Shown here: piece after piece, positions 17,430-24,097 of the stretch
Position numbering within the stretch: position 1 is the stretch's first letter
Layout of the letters: every line of letters begins with the position of its first letter
From: a virus
Lineage: Duplodnaviria > Caudoviricetes
Direction: 5' to 3' (one strand)
Length of the DNA stretch: 25,081 bases
IMG/VR virus record: IMGVR_UViG_3300044580_000013
Coordinates: 1 to 25,081 of that record
Notes under the pieces: generated by a model
What the model saw: the letters and a program-made list of their open reading frames with translations, nothing else
Databases searched by the model: none
What the model was told of the DNA's origin: nothing
Position numbers and translations under genes: made by a program

Positions 17430-17555
17430 TTATTTGTTATAAGGCGTTCCATTTTTTATAATTTTTATCTCCGGAAATAATGATAGCATCCTATCTATGA
17501 TTACCTGGCAATATTTTGGCTCAAGCTCCATTGTTTTAAGTTCTGTAATTTTCAT
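17430..17555 (-). pseudogene. 41-aa remnant of a phage (ParB-)DNA methyltransferase, MKITELKTMELEPKYCQVIIDRMLSLFPEIKIIKNGTPYNK
   Basis: Hand translation. MELEPKYCQVIIDRM matches the C-terminal motif of phage N6/N4 methyltransferases. ATGA overlap with the upstream gene; typical position before terS. Confidence 0.75.
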
Positions 17556-17929
17556 GGTTGTGGCATTTGTTCTACATTTCCACCGTACTTATTAATAATT
17601 GCAAGATGCTCGTTATACACCTCATCTAAATAGATGTAGGTGTTTTGCTCATCGTTGATAATGTTGCTGTTGTCAATAGTTTTAACTACTTCTAGTAACG
17701 CTATCAAATCTGGGTATAGTAATTTACCTGTTAATTCCAGATAATCAAAATGGTCTCTTTTTTTCTGAAACCAATCTCTCCATGTTTCGTTGCTTACAGT
17801 TACTCGGAATGGTTTATTTTCTTTATGCCAAGTTAGCTGTTCAGGTCGCATGGCTGCTATTTCCTCTTCTGTTACCTCCCTAAATGCCGGTTTTCCATTT
17901 TCATCCTGGTAGCAAATGTAATGTTCCAT
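17552..17929 (-). CDS. Hypothetical protein, possible fibre-associated chaperone
   Basis: Follows the fibre-like gene; N-terminal ENGK..FREVTEEEIAAM pattern. Function is inferred. Confidence 0.6.
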   Translation of the reverse strand: MEHYICYQDENGKPAFREVTEEEIAAMRPEQLTWHKENKPFRVTVSNETWRDWFQKKRDHFDYLELTGKLLYPDLIALLEVVKTIDNSNIINDEQNTYIYLDEVYNEHLAIINKYGGNVEQMPQP

Positions 17930-17931
17930 TT

Positions 17932-18759
17932 TTACTTCCTCCTTATGGTTATTATTGTACCTGCCTTAATGTTAACTGTTCCAAGTTCGTCCTTAAATTC
18001 TAGCTTGTATATAGAATTTATAGTAACGACGGATTTAATGGAAAAGCCCTGCATGCCATATGAAACCGGGGCAGTCGTATCATTATTTGTGCCGTTATGG
18101 ATAGTTGACCAGTAAATGCCTCCAATAGAGATTAAAAGCGTGTGAATATTGAAAAAGTACCGATTTCCTCCCCTCGCATTTATTCCATTGTATCCGCTTG
18201 TGTTGATATTTTGAAGGTAAGCTCCTGAAGTGTTTAAGTTATTTATAAAAATAGTGCATGTACCAGTTATTCCTACATTTGCGCCTACCAGCGAATACCT
18301 GCAAATTTCATACTTTCCATCCGTTAAATTCAACGGGTTTCCGTGCCTATCCTTGTCTATCACAATGGAAGCGGCATCAACCGGCACGGTATAGCTAACT
18401 ATCAGGTTGTCGTCAATAGCATCAAGCCTGCCAGCTATTACTTCTAAACTAGTAGCATGCTCGCTAACTGTACTTTGCAAGTAAGTTAAAGCCTCGTCAA
18501 TAGCCTTCGTAATAAATATCAATCCGTGAACCCACGAGCTTAACAGCTTGTCAACAAGTAAAGCAAATTTATCCTTGAACCAGCTATAAATTTCAGGAGG
18601 GATTGAGCCGCCAGTTTCGGCACTAGAAAGCGTATTAGCCTTAATGTCGTTAATTTCAAGCGTGCCGGTAGGCAGCATTCTGGTAGGAAAAGGGTCAGAA
18701 ACCTTTATCTCCACCCTTTCTACAGTTTCGCTCACGTATATTTTGACGTCCTCAGCCAT
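17932..18759 (-). CDS. Fibre / receptor-binding-like protein (coiled coil plus beta-sandwich head)
   Basis: Central heptads (LQSTVSEHATSLEVIAGRLDAI), N/G/T-rich beta C-terminus ending INSIYKLEF...IKAGTIITIRRK. Confidence 0.6.
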   Translation of the reverse strand: MAEDVKIYVSETVERVEIKVSDPFPTRMLPTGTLEINDIKANTLSSAETGGSIPPEIYSWFKDKFALLVDKLLSSWVHGLIFITKAIDEALTYLQSTVSEHATSLEVIAGRLDAIDDNLIVSYTVPVDAASIVIDKDRHGNPLNLTDGKYEICRYSLVGANVGITGTCTIFINNLNTSGAYLQNINTSGYNGINARGGNRYFFNIHTLLISIGGIYWSTIHNGTNNDTTAPVSYGMQGFSIKSVVTINSIYKLEFKDELGTVNIKAGTIITIRRK

Positions 18760-18764
18760 TTTTT

Positions 18765-19124
18765 TTACGAATAAACCGATACATCATCATAAATCATGAA
18801 CTTCCCTGCGAAGTAGGTTTTAACCGTGCCGTCAGCCTTCGTAAAGCGAGCCTCGTATATGTAGCTACCAGCCTCAACATTTAACCCTTTTGTCGTAAAA
18901 AGAAATCTGCCATTCGCAGCATCAATTTTTTCAACTAAGTTGCCATCCTCGCTATTTTCCTCAAACACCAAGACCGGAAGGCTTTGCGACGGGCTTTTCT
19001 TTAGCGTTATTTTGATTTCAACATCAGAAAGGTTGAAAACAACGTCGTTTAGGATGATTTGAAATATGGGACTTACAAAGGTGTCGCCTCTTTTCGCCTT
19101 TATATTATAACTATTCGTCAACAT
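18765..19124 (-). CDS. BppU-like (baseplate upper protein N-terminal, Ig-like) protein
   Basis: KRGDTF, FNLSD..I...LKK, DAANGRF, AGSYIYE..F...DGTVKTYFAGKF pattern. Confidence 0.75.
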   Translation of the reverse strand: MLTNSYNIKAKRGDTFVSPIFQIILNDVVFNLSDVEIKITLKKSPSQSLPVLVFEENSEDGNLVEKIDAANGRFLFTTKGLNVEAGSYIYEARFTKADGTVKTYFAGKFMIYDDVSVYS

Positions 19125-19140
19125 TCCTTCAAAATTTCAA

Positions 19141-19171
19141 CAATGTTAGCGATATTATTTTTGAAAGTCAA
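19141..19171 (-). promoter_or_regulatory. Putative promoter TTGACT-N17-TAACATTG driving the cassette and late genes
   Basis: Same -35 hexamer and spacing as 20029-20059; 16 nt upstream of the 19124 start. Confidence 0.6.
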
Positions 19172-19218
19172 GTTTTGTTGATTACTTTTTTCTCCTCGTT
19201 AATTTCTAGTAGTGCCAT
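19168..19218 (-). pseudogene. Truncated terS 5' stub (MALLEINEEKKVINKT*)
   Basis: First 11 residues are identical to TerS; the sequence then diverges and stops. Confidence 0.8.
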
Positions 19219-19222
19219 GATT
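19187..19222. repeat. 36-bp direct repeat, copy 2
   Basis: Identical to 17383-17418; offset 1804 bp. Confidence 0.95.
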
Positions 19223-19280
19223 TACATTTTTTAATTTAATTATTATTTCGACTATTTTGGTCATAATACGTTTAGTTTTT

Positions 19281-19763
19281 CTAGTTTCCCTTTAGATAAT
19301 GGTTTAACGCCAGCAATGCAGCATCCCGCTCATCCTGGTTGGTTCGTTTCGGCAGTCCCTGTAATTTATACGTTTTAAGGACTTCGGCAAGTTCTTCATG
19401 CGTTATTTTTCCATTGCTACCCGACCAGCGCTTCCTTAACGGTTTTTGCTCGACAACATTAATGCCAAAATGCTTGCACACCTCAACTATTTGTTTGCCG
19501 ATGGTGTGGTTTGCACCAACCGCCCTACCGATAAATGCCGCTTTTGCGTTGTTTGCTTGAAATAAATGCCAAGTTGCCTTATTTTTCCATCCCGCCTCAA
19601 CCACTACGGTTAAATGTGAATAACATATCTTTAAGGTTTGCAGGTACTCGACAATGCCAATTAAGCTCATGCGGAAAACGCTAATAACCCCATCTTGTAT
19701 CTGCGCAACTCCGGATTGCATTACATCTGGGTCAATCGCAACGATTACTTTTTCTTTTCTCAT
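19281..19763 (-). CDS. RuvC-like Holliday junction resolvase
   Basis: IVAIDPD...SGVA, VVVEAGW, VGANH, NQDERDAALLA acidic catalytic pattern. Confidence 0.82.
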   Translation of the reverse strand: MRKEKVIVAIDPDVMQSGVAQIQDGVISVFRMSLIGIVEYLQTLKICYSHLTVVVEAGWKNKATWHLFQANNAKAAFIGRAVGANHTIGKQIVEVCKHFGINVVEQKPLRKRWSGSNGKITHEELAEVLKTYKLQGLPKRTNQDERDAALLALNHYLKGN

Positions 19764-19790
19764 AAAAGCATTTTTCGTCTTAATAAAAGT

Positions 19791-19814
19791 AAAAAAGCCG
19801 GTCTATTCCCGGCT
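19791..19814 (-). terminator. Intrinsic terminator AGCCGG-GAATAGA-CCGGCT-TTTTT
   Basis: 6-bp GC-rich stem followed by a U-run. Confidence 0.7.
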
Positions 19815-19990
19815 GCCAGCTTGGTTAGCCGTAATCCCTCCAAACTTGGGCATTTTCACCTGGCTACCGAATGTATGATTTGCCGGCCTTTGCATCACAT
19901 ACACATGGCCTCGGTAGCGCTCCCTTGGGTTGCTCCCCGGCGGATTCCGATGTGTCCGCTTACTGGTTGCTTTGGATACAACCCGGGAAC
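19791..19990 (-). ncRNA. Candidate structured RNA / attenuator leader, ~200 nt, ending in a terminator hairpin
   Basis: About 56% GC by hand count; several stems (see findings); downstream of a promoter; no long minus-strand ORF. Confidence 0.6.
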
Positions 19991-20011
19991 TTTGAAATTT
20001 TCTTTTACCAT
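19895..20011 (-). CDS. Possible 38-aa leader peptide (MVKENFKVPGLYPKQPVSGHIGIRRGATQGSATEAMCM)
   Basis: First ATG after the 20029 promoter; runs through half of the structured region. Translation is unproven. Confidence 0.3.
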   Translation of the reverse strand: MVKENFKVPGLYPKQPVSGHIGIRRGATQGSATEAMCM

Positions 20012-20028
20012 AAAAAATTTTTACAAGT

Positions 20029-20059
20029 CAAATATACAACATTAAAATCCAAAAGTCAA
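20029..20059 (-). promoter_or_regulatory. Putative promoter TTGACT-N17-TATATTTG
   Basis: Perfect Bacteroidota -7 box TAnnTTTG and near-consensus -35, right after the ATPase stop. Confidence 0.7.
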
Positions 20060-20060
20060 G

Positions 20061-20780
20061 TCATTTTAACTTTCGCCTATCCTTGCCCTTAATTTCAAAG
20101 TAGTTGCACATTTCCAACAACCGGCTAGCCACCCTGTCCCCGTACATCGATGAAAATTCCTGGCAGTTGATAGGTAGGTTAGATGTTACCAGCGTTATAA
20201 CGTCCGTTCTGTCCCCTCTACTTTCGAGAATTTGCCGCATGACATTTAGCCTGTTGCCCATGTAAAGCGATTCCATCGGTTCTGAGCCTAAGTCCTGAAA
20301 TGCCATAACCCTAGCGATTTTAAACCTTTCCAGCATTCCGGTAGTCATGTAAACATCACAAATAGCATCGGTTCTAAAGCTCGGCCATTTAAGCTGGGTT
20401 ATCTTGCCGCCCAACTCAACTGCAACGGAATCAACGCTACAATATGCTGCCATAATTTCCAACGCCCAAGACTTGCCAGTTCCGGTATTTCCTGCTATGT
20501 AAATTCCAGAGTTAAGGTTTCCTGGCATCACGTTTTTTGTCTTCGGGTCAATGCACTGCATCTTGTCGTCGCCATGCACCCAACGAATTAGGTTTTCGTA
20601 TGTGAACCTGTTTTCCTCGTCAATCCGGAATTTTGGATTTCGCCTTTTCCCAATGGCATCCACAACTTGCAGCGCCTTTTTCATGTCATACGGCATGTAT
20701 TTAAACCGCCGAACAGACCGAAATAAGCCATTTTGGTTTATTTTGTCTAGTATTTCCGATAAATTTAAACATCTATCCAT
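20061..20780 (-). CDS. DnaC/IstB-like ATPase (helicase loader)
   Basis: Walker A GNTGTGKS, FQDLGSEP, TSNL, YGDRVASRLLEMCN...IKGKDRR. Confidence 0.88.
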   Translation of the reverse strand: MDRCLNLSEILDKINQNGLFRSVRRFKYMPYDMKKALQVVDAIGKRRNPKFRIDEENRFTYENLIRWVHGDDKMQCIDPKTKNVMPGNLNSGIYIAGNTGTGKSWALEIMAAYCSVDSVAVELGGKITQLKWPSFRTDAICDVYMTTGMLERFKIARVMAFQDLGSEPMESLYMGNRLNVMRQILESRGDRTDVITLVTSNLPINCQEFSSMYGDRVASRLLEMCNYFEIKGKDRRKLK

Positions 20781-21628
20781 AGCTCATTCACGTTAATGTT
20801 GTTTTTTGCACCCGATGTTTTTTGACTTCGCATATTTACCTTACCTCTTTTTTCCCAAGTTGCGACGGCCGCCCGCCAGTTCTTCATTTTATTTTTTCCG
20901 ATAAACCAGTCCTTAGCTTCATAAAAGTTAACAAACTCGGCCGCATCCGTTGAATACCCATTCTCATCTATAAATTTTTTAACCTCCTCAATAGAGGGAG
21001 GGGAAAATCGTTTCGTATTTTCCCTCTCTTTTATATTATTATATTTTATTTCCTTTCCTTTCCTTTCCTTTCCTTTTATAGCATTGCTTGTGCATTCATT
21101 TTGCACTGCATTTGCATTGCTTGTGCATTGCTTTTGCTCAACCTCTTTATCGCCTGATTTCCAACGTTTTGCAGCCGCATTTTTACGTTTTTCAACAATT
21201 GATTTTCGTTTTTCCAGTCGAATTAAAGCTGATTCCGACCAAAAAAATTCTCCATCATTTTTGAATAAATTGTAATTAAAAATGATTTTTTCGACTTTGT
21301 TGCCACATGATTTTTTTTGCATAACATTTGCACATGCATTTGCATCATCTTGCATTGCATTTGCATTTACATTGCATGAATTTTGCATCACCACATCGCT
21401 TTCATTTGTATCTAAATGCAGCGACCAAGCAATATTTTTCGTGTATGCCAAAGGTAGCTTTCCGCCATTCTCGTACAGCATTTCAACAATGCACCAGTAG
21501 ATACCTATGCCCTCACAACCCATATCCATCATCATTTCCTGCATTTTTAGGTCATTACGGGCGTTGTAGTCGTGTGTGAAGTAGAAGGCTTCCTTCTCCT
21601 TGCCAATTTCATTTTTTCCCCGTGCCAT
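20765..21628 (-). CDS. Phage replication initiator (DUF4373/Lin1244-like N-terminus)
   Basis: YFTHDYNARND.K, G.EGIGIYWCIVEMLYE, internal repeats, C-terminal F.PPSIEEV...FVNFYEAKDW..GKNKMKNWRAAVATWE. Confidence 0.88.
   Translation of the reverse strand: MARGKNEIGKEKEAFYFTHDYNARNDLKMQEMMMDMGCEGIGIYWCIVEMLYENGGKLPLAYTKNIAWSLHLDTNESDVVMQNSCNVNANAMQDDANACANVMQKKSCGNKVEKIIFNYNLFKNDGEFFWSESALIRLEKRKSIVEKRKNAAAKRWKSGDKEVEQKQCTSNANAVQNECTSNAIKGKERKGKEIKYNNIKERENTKRFSPPSIEEVKKFIDENGYSTDAAEFVNFYEAKDWFIGKNKMKNWRAAVATWEKRGKVNMRSQKTSGAKNNINVNELWIDV
21030..21390. repeat. Probable replication origin: TGCA-rich iterons, (TTTCC)5 and an AT-rich tract within the initiator gene
   Basis: GCATTGCTTGTGCATT at 21081-21096 and 21114-21129; TTTCC x5 at 21049-21073; second TTGCA cluster at about 21315-21390. 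Confidence 0.7.
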
Positions 21629-21639
21629 TATGGTAAAAT

Positions 21640-21744
21640 TTAAGCCCCTAAACGGTATGCGTTTGACGTGTGGGAAAATGGACTAACCCGAACGCACTCC
21701 GAAAAGGGGCTTTGATTAATATTTTTTACTGTAGCTGTTGCCAT
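21640..21744 (-). CDS. Possible 34-aa leader peptide (MATATVKNINQSPFSECVRVSPFSHTSNAYRLGA)
   Basis: A-rich start context; spans the whole hairpin and stops 11 nt before the initiator ATG. Confidence 0.45.
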   Translation of the reverse strand: MATATVKNINQSPFSECVRVSPFSHTSNAYRLGA

Positions 21745-21763
21745 TTTTTTTAGGTTCACGTCA
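21642..21763 (-). promoter_or_regulatory. Structured 5' leader of the replication operon (long hairpin 21642-21712 whose loop is complementary to upstream sequence)
   Basis: Stems AAGCCCC/GGGGCTT, CGG/CCG and TGCGTT/AACGCA; loop 7-mers are complementary to 21741-21747 and 21757-21763. Confidence 0.7.
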
Positions 21764-21766
21764 TAA

Positions 21767-21774
21767 CAAAACTA
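21767..21774 (-). promoter_or_regulatory. Bacteroidota-type -7 promoter box TAGTTTTG
   Basis: Exact TAnnTTTG match just upstream of the structured leader; the -33 element is poor. Confidence 0.55.
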
Positions 21775-21837
21775 ATAAAAGTTAACCCATTCCATTAATT
21801 CGGCATCGTTTGCTTACTAACAGCTCGTGGATTTTTA

Positions 21838-22143
21838 TTAACATACAGATTTAATTTTTTCAGAACTTCCTAAATGCCGAACCTCACCATCGTCTATTAT
21901 GTAAACCTCCCAAAATATCCTAACTAGGCTGCATTTTTTTACAAATGCATCTGCAGCTTTCACATCGCTAAAAAATATGGGCTTCCGGCCACTTTTCACA
22001 AGTAGCATTCCCTTGTCCCTGCATAGTAATGTGGTTGCGGTTGGTCGAATGAATTTACTAAGCAGGTACAATGTTATTGCAATGATGGCAAATAATAAGG
22101 TAATTATACCTACTGTTGCTAAAATGTACTCAATCGTTGTCAT
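21838..22143 (-). CDS. Hypothetical protein with N-terminal TM helix
   Basis: YILATVGIITLLFAIIAITLYLL hydrophobic stretch. Confidence 0.7.
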   Translation of the reverse strand: MTTIEYILATVGIITLLFAIIAITLYLLSKFIRPTATTLLCRDKGMLLVKSGRKPIFFSDVKAADAFVKKCSLVRIFWEVYIIDDGEVRHLGSSEKIKSVC

Positions 22144-22154
22144 TTTGCTAGGTA

Positions 22155-22448
22155 TTATGGGTTATTAAATTTTGTTGTTTTGTTTTTATGCCCATTTTTA
22201 AGGTATTCCAGCAATTCAGTGCGGGAAAAGTACAGGCGTTTACCTCGCTTCATTACAGGTAGTTCACCTTTGGATACCTTACCGTACATCGTTGGGACGG
22301 TAAGCCTTAAAAATTCGGCTGCTTCCTGAATTGTTAAAAGTTTTTCCGGGTCGGTAGGTTCAACCATTTTTAGGTTGTTTTTTAGGTCGAGCAGTAAAAT
22401 TTCAATACTACTTAGCCTAGCTTCGATTTCTTCAAAAGGATTGTTCAT
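22155..22448 (-). CDS. Excisionase-family helix-turn-helix protein (HTH_17)
   Basis: LLTIQEAAEFLRLTVPTMYGKVSKGELP..KRGKRLYFSRTELLEYL. Confidence 0.9.
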   Translation of the reverse strand: MNNPFEEIEARLSSIEILLLDLKNNLKMVEPTDPEKLLTIQEAAEFLRLTVPTMYGKVSKGELPVMKRGKRLYFSRTELLEYLKNGHKNKTTKFNNP

Positions 22449-22468
22449 TTTTTTTAATAGTTTAATTG

Positions 22469-22882
22469 TTAATTAAATAGTAAGTTATTATTTCCTAAGC
22501 CTTCTTCTAGCTCGAATGTAATGCCCTTCGCAAAATATCCAGGTGATTCCCCATACCAGCGAATTTTTACTTCTGTGTTTTTTGTCCCGATGGCGTACAT
22601 AACATAAGACCTTGTGCCGGTAAGAACGCCGGCGCCTTGCTCTTCTTTCATTTCCATGTACCCCTTTTTGTCGAATGTTTCGTCGGCAAATTCTATCGGT
22701 TCGCCTATTAAACCATCGAAATCCCCTTCTATTTCAGCAATTTCAAAGGTTTCGTCGGCGTCCTGCTCGTGGTACATGAAGTAGGTGTTACCGCTTTTAC
22801 AACGGAAAATGATAAAAACATCACCTCGAACCTCAACGCTTTCTAGCGTTTCGCCGCATAGTTTAATTATGTCTGATTTCAT
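22469..22882 (-). CDS. Conserved hypothetical phage protein
   Basis: MYHEQD...E...I.GD...LIG.PI and IRWYGES.GY motifs recalled from a widespread phage family. Confidence 0.75.
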   Translation of the reverse strand: MKSDIIKLCGETLESVEVRGDVFIIFRCKSGNTYFMYHEQDADETFEIAEIEGDFDGLIGEPIEFADETFDKKGYMEMKEEQGAGVLTGTRSYVMYAIGTKNTEVKIRWYGESPGYFAKGITFELEEGLGNNNLLFN

Positions 22883-22893
22883 GGCTAAAAGTT

Positions 22894-23310
22894 TTAGTTA
22901 AAATAACCGGCAAATAAACCAACCACCGATGTAAAGTAAGAAATGGAAGTTGAGCAGTCAATTGTTATAGGTTGTTCTTCGACTTCTCCCTCATTCAAAA
23001 CATCAGTAGCAAGCCGTTCAAATTGCTCGTAATCCACCTTCTCGTCCGGGTAAATCTGCATTAGCTCAACCTGTTTAATTTTTAAGTAGGTTACGGATGA
23101 GTGGCCTCGGCTTATAAGATTTCCGATTTGAAAGGTTGTAAACCCTAACTTTGTTAAAAATAGGCATAAGCATCTTCGAGCTTTTACCAGTTCTTTTCTC
23201 CTACACTTACTGGTTATATCTTCTGGTGTCGTGTCCAGCAGCTCGCACAATTTGCGAAACGTGCTACTTGTTACTTTGAGCGGTTTCATGGCTTTCGTCA
23301 TTTTTATCAT
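22894..23310 (-). CDS. Stand-alone DnaA C-terminal-like HTH protein
   Basis: DITSKCRRKELVKARR, G.TTFQIGNLISRGHSSVTY resemble DnaA domain IV. Confidence 0.75.
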   Translation of the reverse strand: MIKMTKAMKPLKVTSSTFRKLCELLDTTPEDITSKCRRKELVKARRCLCLFLTKLGFTTFQIGNLISRGHSSVTYLKIKQVELMQIYPDEKVDYEQFERLATDVLNEGEVEEQPITIDCSTSISYFTSVVGLFAGYFN

Positions 23311-24076
23311 TAAACAATTCGTTTAATTTATCAGCAGCAATTGCCAGCTTTTCGTCCTTTGCGGTGTCAGGGTTGTCAACATAGCTTAAATTTTCAATGT
23401 CGCTCCCTGCCGCTTGGTCGAATCTTATGGCGTTCTGTAAATCTATGCTCAGCGGAGCATTCTTGAAAAGGTTTAGCTTGGTTACAGTTTTTAACGCCAT
23501 CCCATCGAAATTCTCGACCCATTGCCCGTCATTTTTTTTGTAGGATTCCGAGTATTTTTTGGCATGCGCCTCAACCTCCTTAACCGTTTTAAAAAGGATG
23601 CTTTCATAACCATTTGTCAGCTTAAAATAGGATACGTAACCGATAACCTTTTTCTTTTTACGTTCCTCTTCGTTGGTTATCCAGTTAAACTTAATTTCTC
23701 CGGTAAGCCTGTTATGCTCCAACAGCTCACCCTCCATCACATTGGTTGCATTTATACGTACAAAAAGCCCAGTTCTCAAAGCTAGCTGGATAAAGCCTTT
23801 GTAGCCTATTTGAAATTGTGCCTTCCCCTTATAAGGAACGATGTAGGCATAGCCTAAATTTGAGTTAACAGGCAAATCAAGGGCTGCCGCCGTCATTGCT
23901 GCAGTGTAAATTGAATTTACGTCAACCTTCTGCAAAGAAGAGCTAGATGACACGCACTGCAATACCGATGTTAGAAAAGGCTTTGCCTTTTCCCCGAGTA
24001 GCTCTTTAAACTTGGCCTGAACGGCGCTGGAGTTTAAAAAATCTCGGTAGTCCTTGTAATTTGCAACTTCATTCAT
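23264..24076 (-). CDS. recT: RecT-family single-strand annealing protein
   Basis: AAALDLP..NLGYAYIVPYKGKAQFQIGYKGFIQLALRTG, W..NFDGMALKTV.K, APLS. Confidence 0.95.
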   Translation of the reverse strand: MNEVANYKDYRDFLNSSAVQAKFKELLGEKAKPFLTSVLQCVSSSSSLQKVDVNSIYTAAMTAAALDLPVNSNLGYAYIVPYKGKAQFQIGYKGFIQLALRTGLFVRINATNVMEGELLEHNRLTGEIKFNWITNEEERKKKKVIGYVSYFKLTNGYESILFKTVKEVEAHAKKYSESYKKNDGQWVENFDGMALKTVTKLNLFKNAPLSIDLQNAIRFDQAAGSDIENLSYVDNPDTAKDEKLAIAADKLNELFNDKNDESHETAQSNK

Positions 24077-24097
24077 TGTAATTTATTTTTAGGTTCG

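Noticed and set aside
17383-19222. 36-bp repeats as a CRISPR mini-array or attL/attR
   Set aside because: Only two copies, 1.8 kb apart, made of terS coding sequence; no cas or integrase gene.
19199-19264. 21-aa ORF MTKIVEIIIKLKNVNHGTTRN overlapping the terS stub
   Set aside because: Too short and AT-rich to support; it might be another remnant but has no diagnostic motif.
19791-19990. tRNA, hammerhead or HDV-like/theta ribozyme
   Set aside because: No cloverleaf or TTCGA T-loop, no CUGAnGA/GAAA core, and I could not build the nested double pseudoknot.
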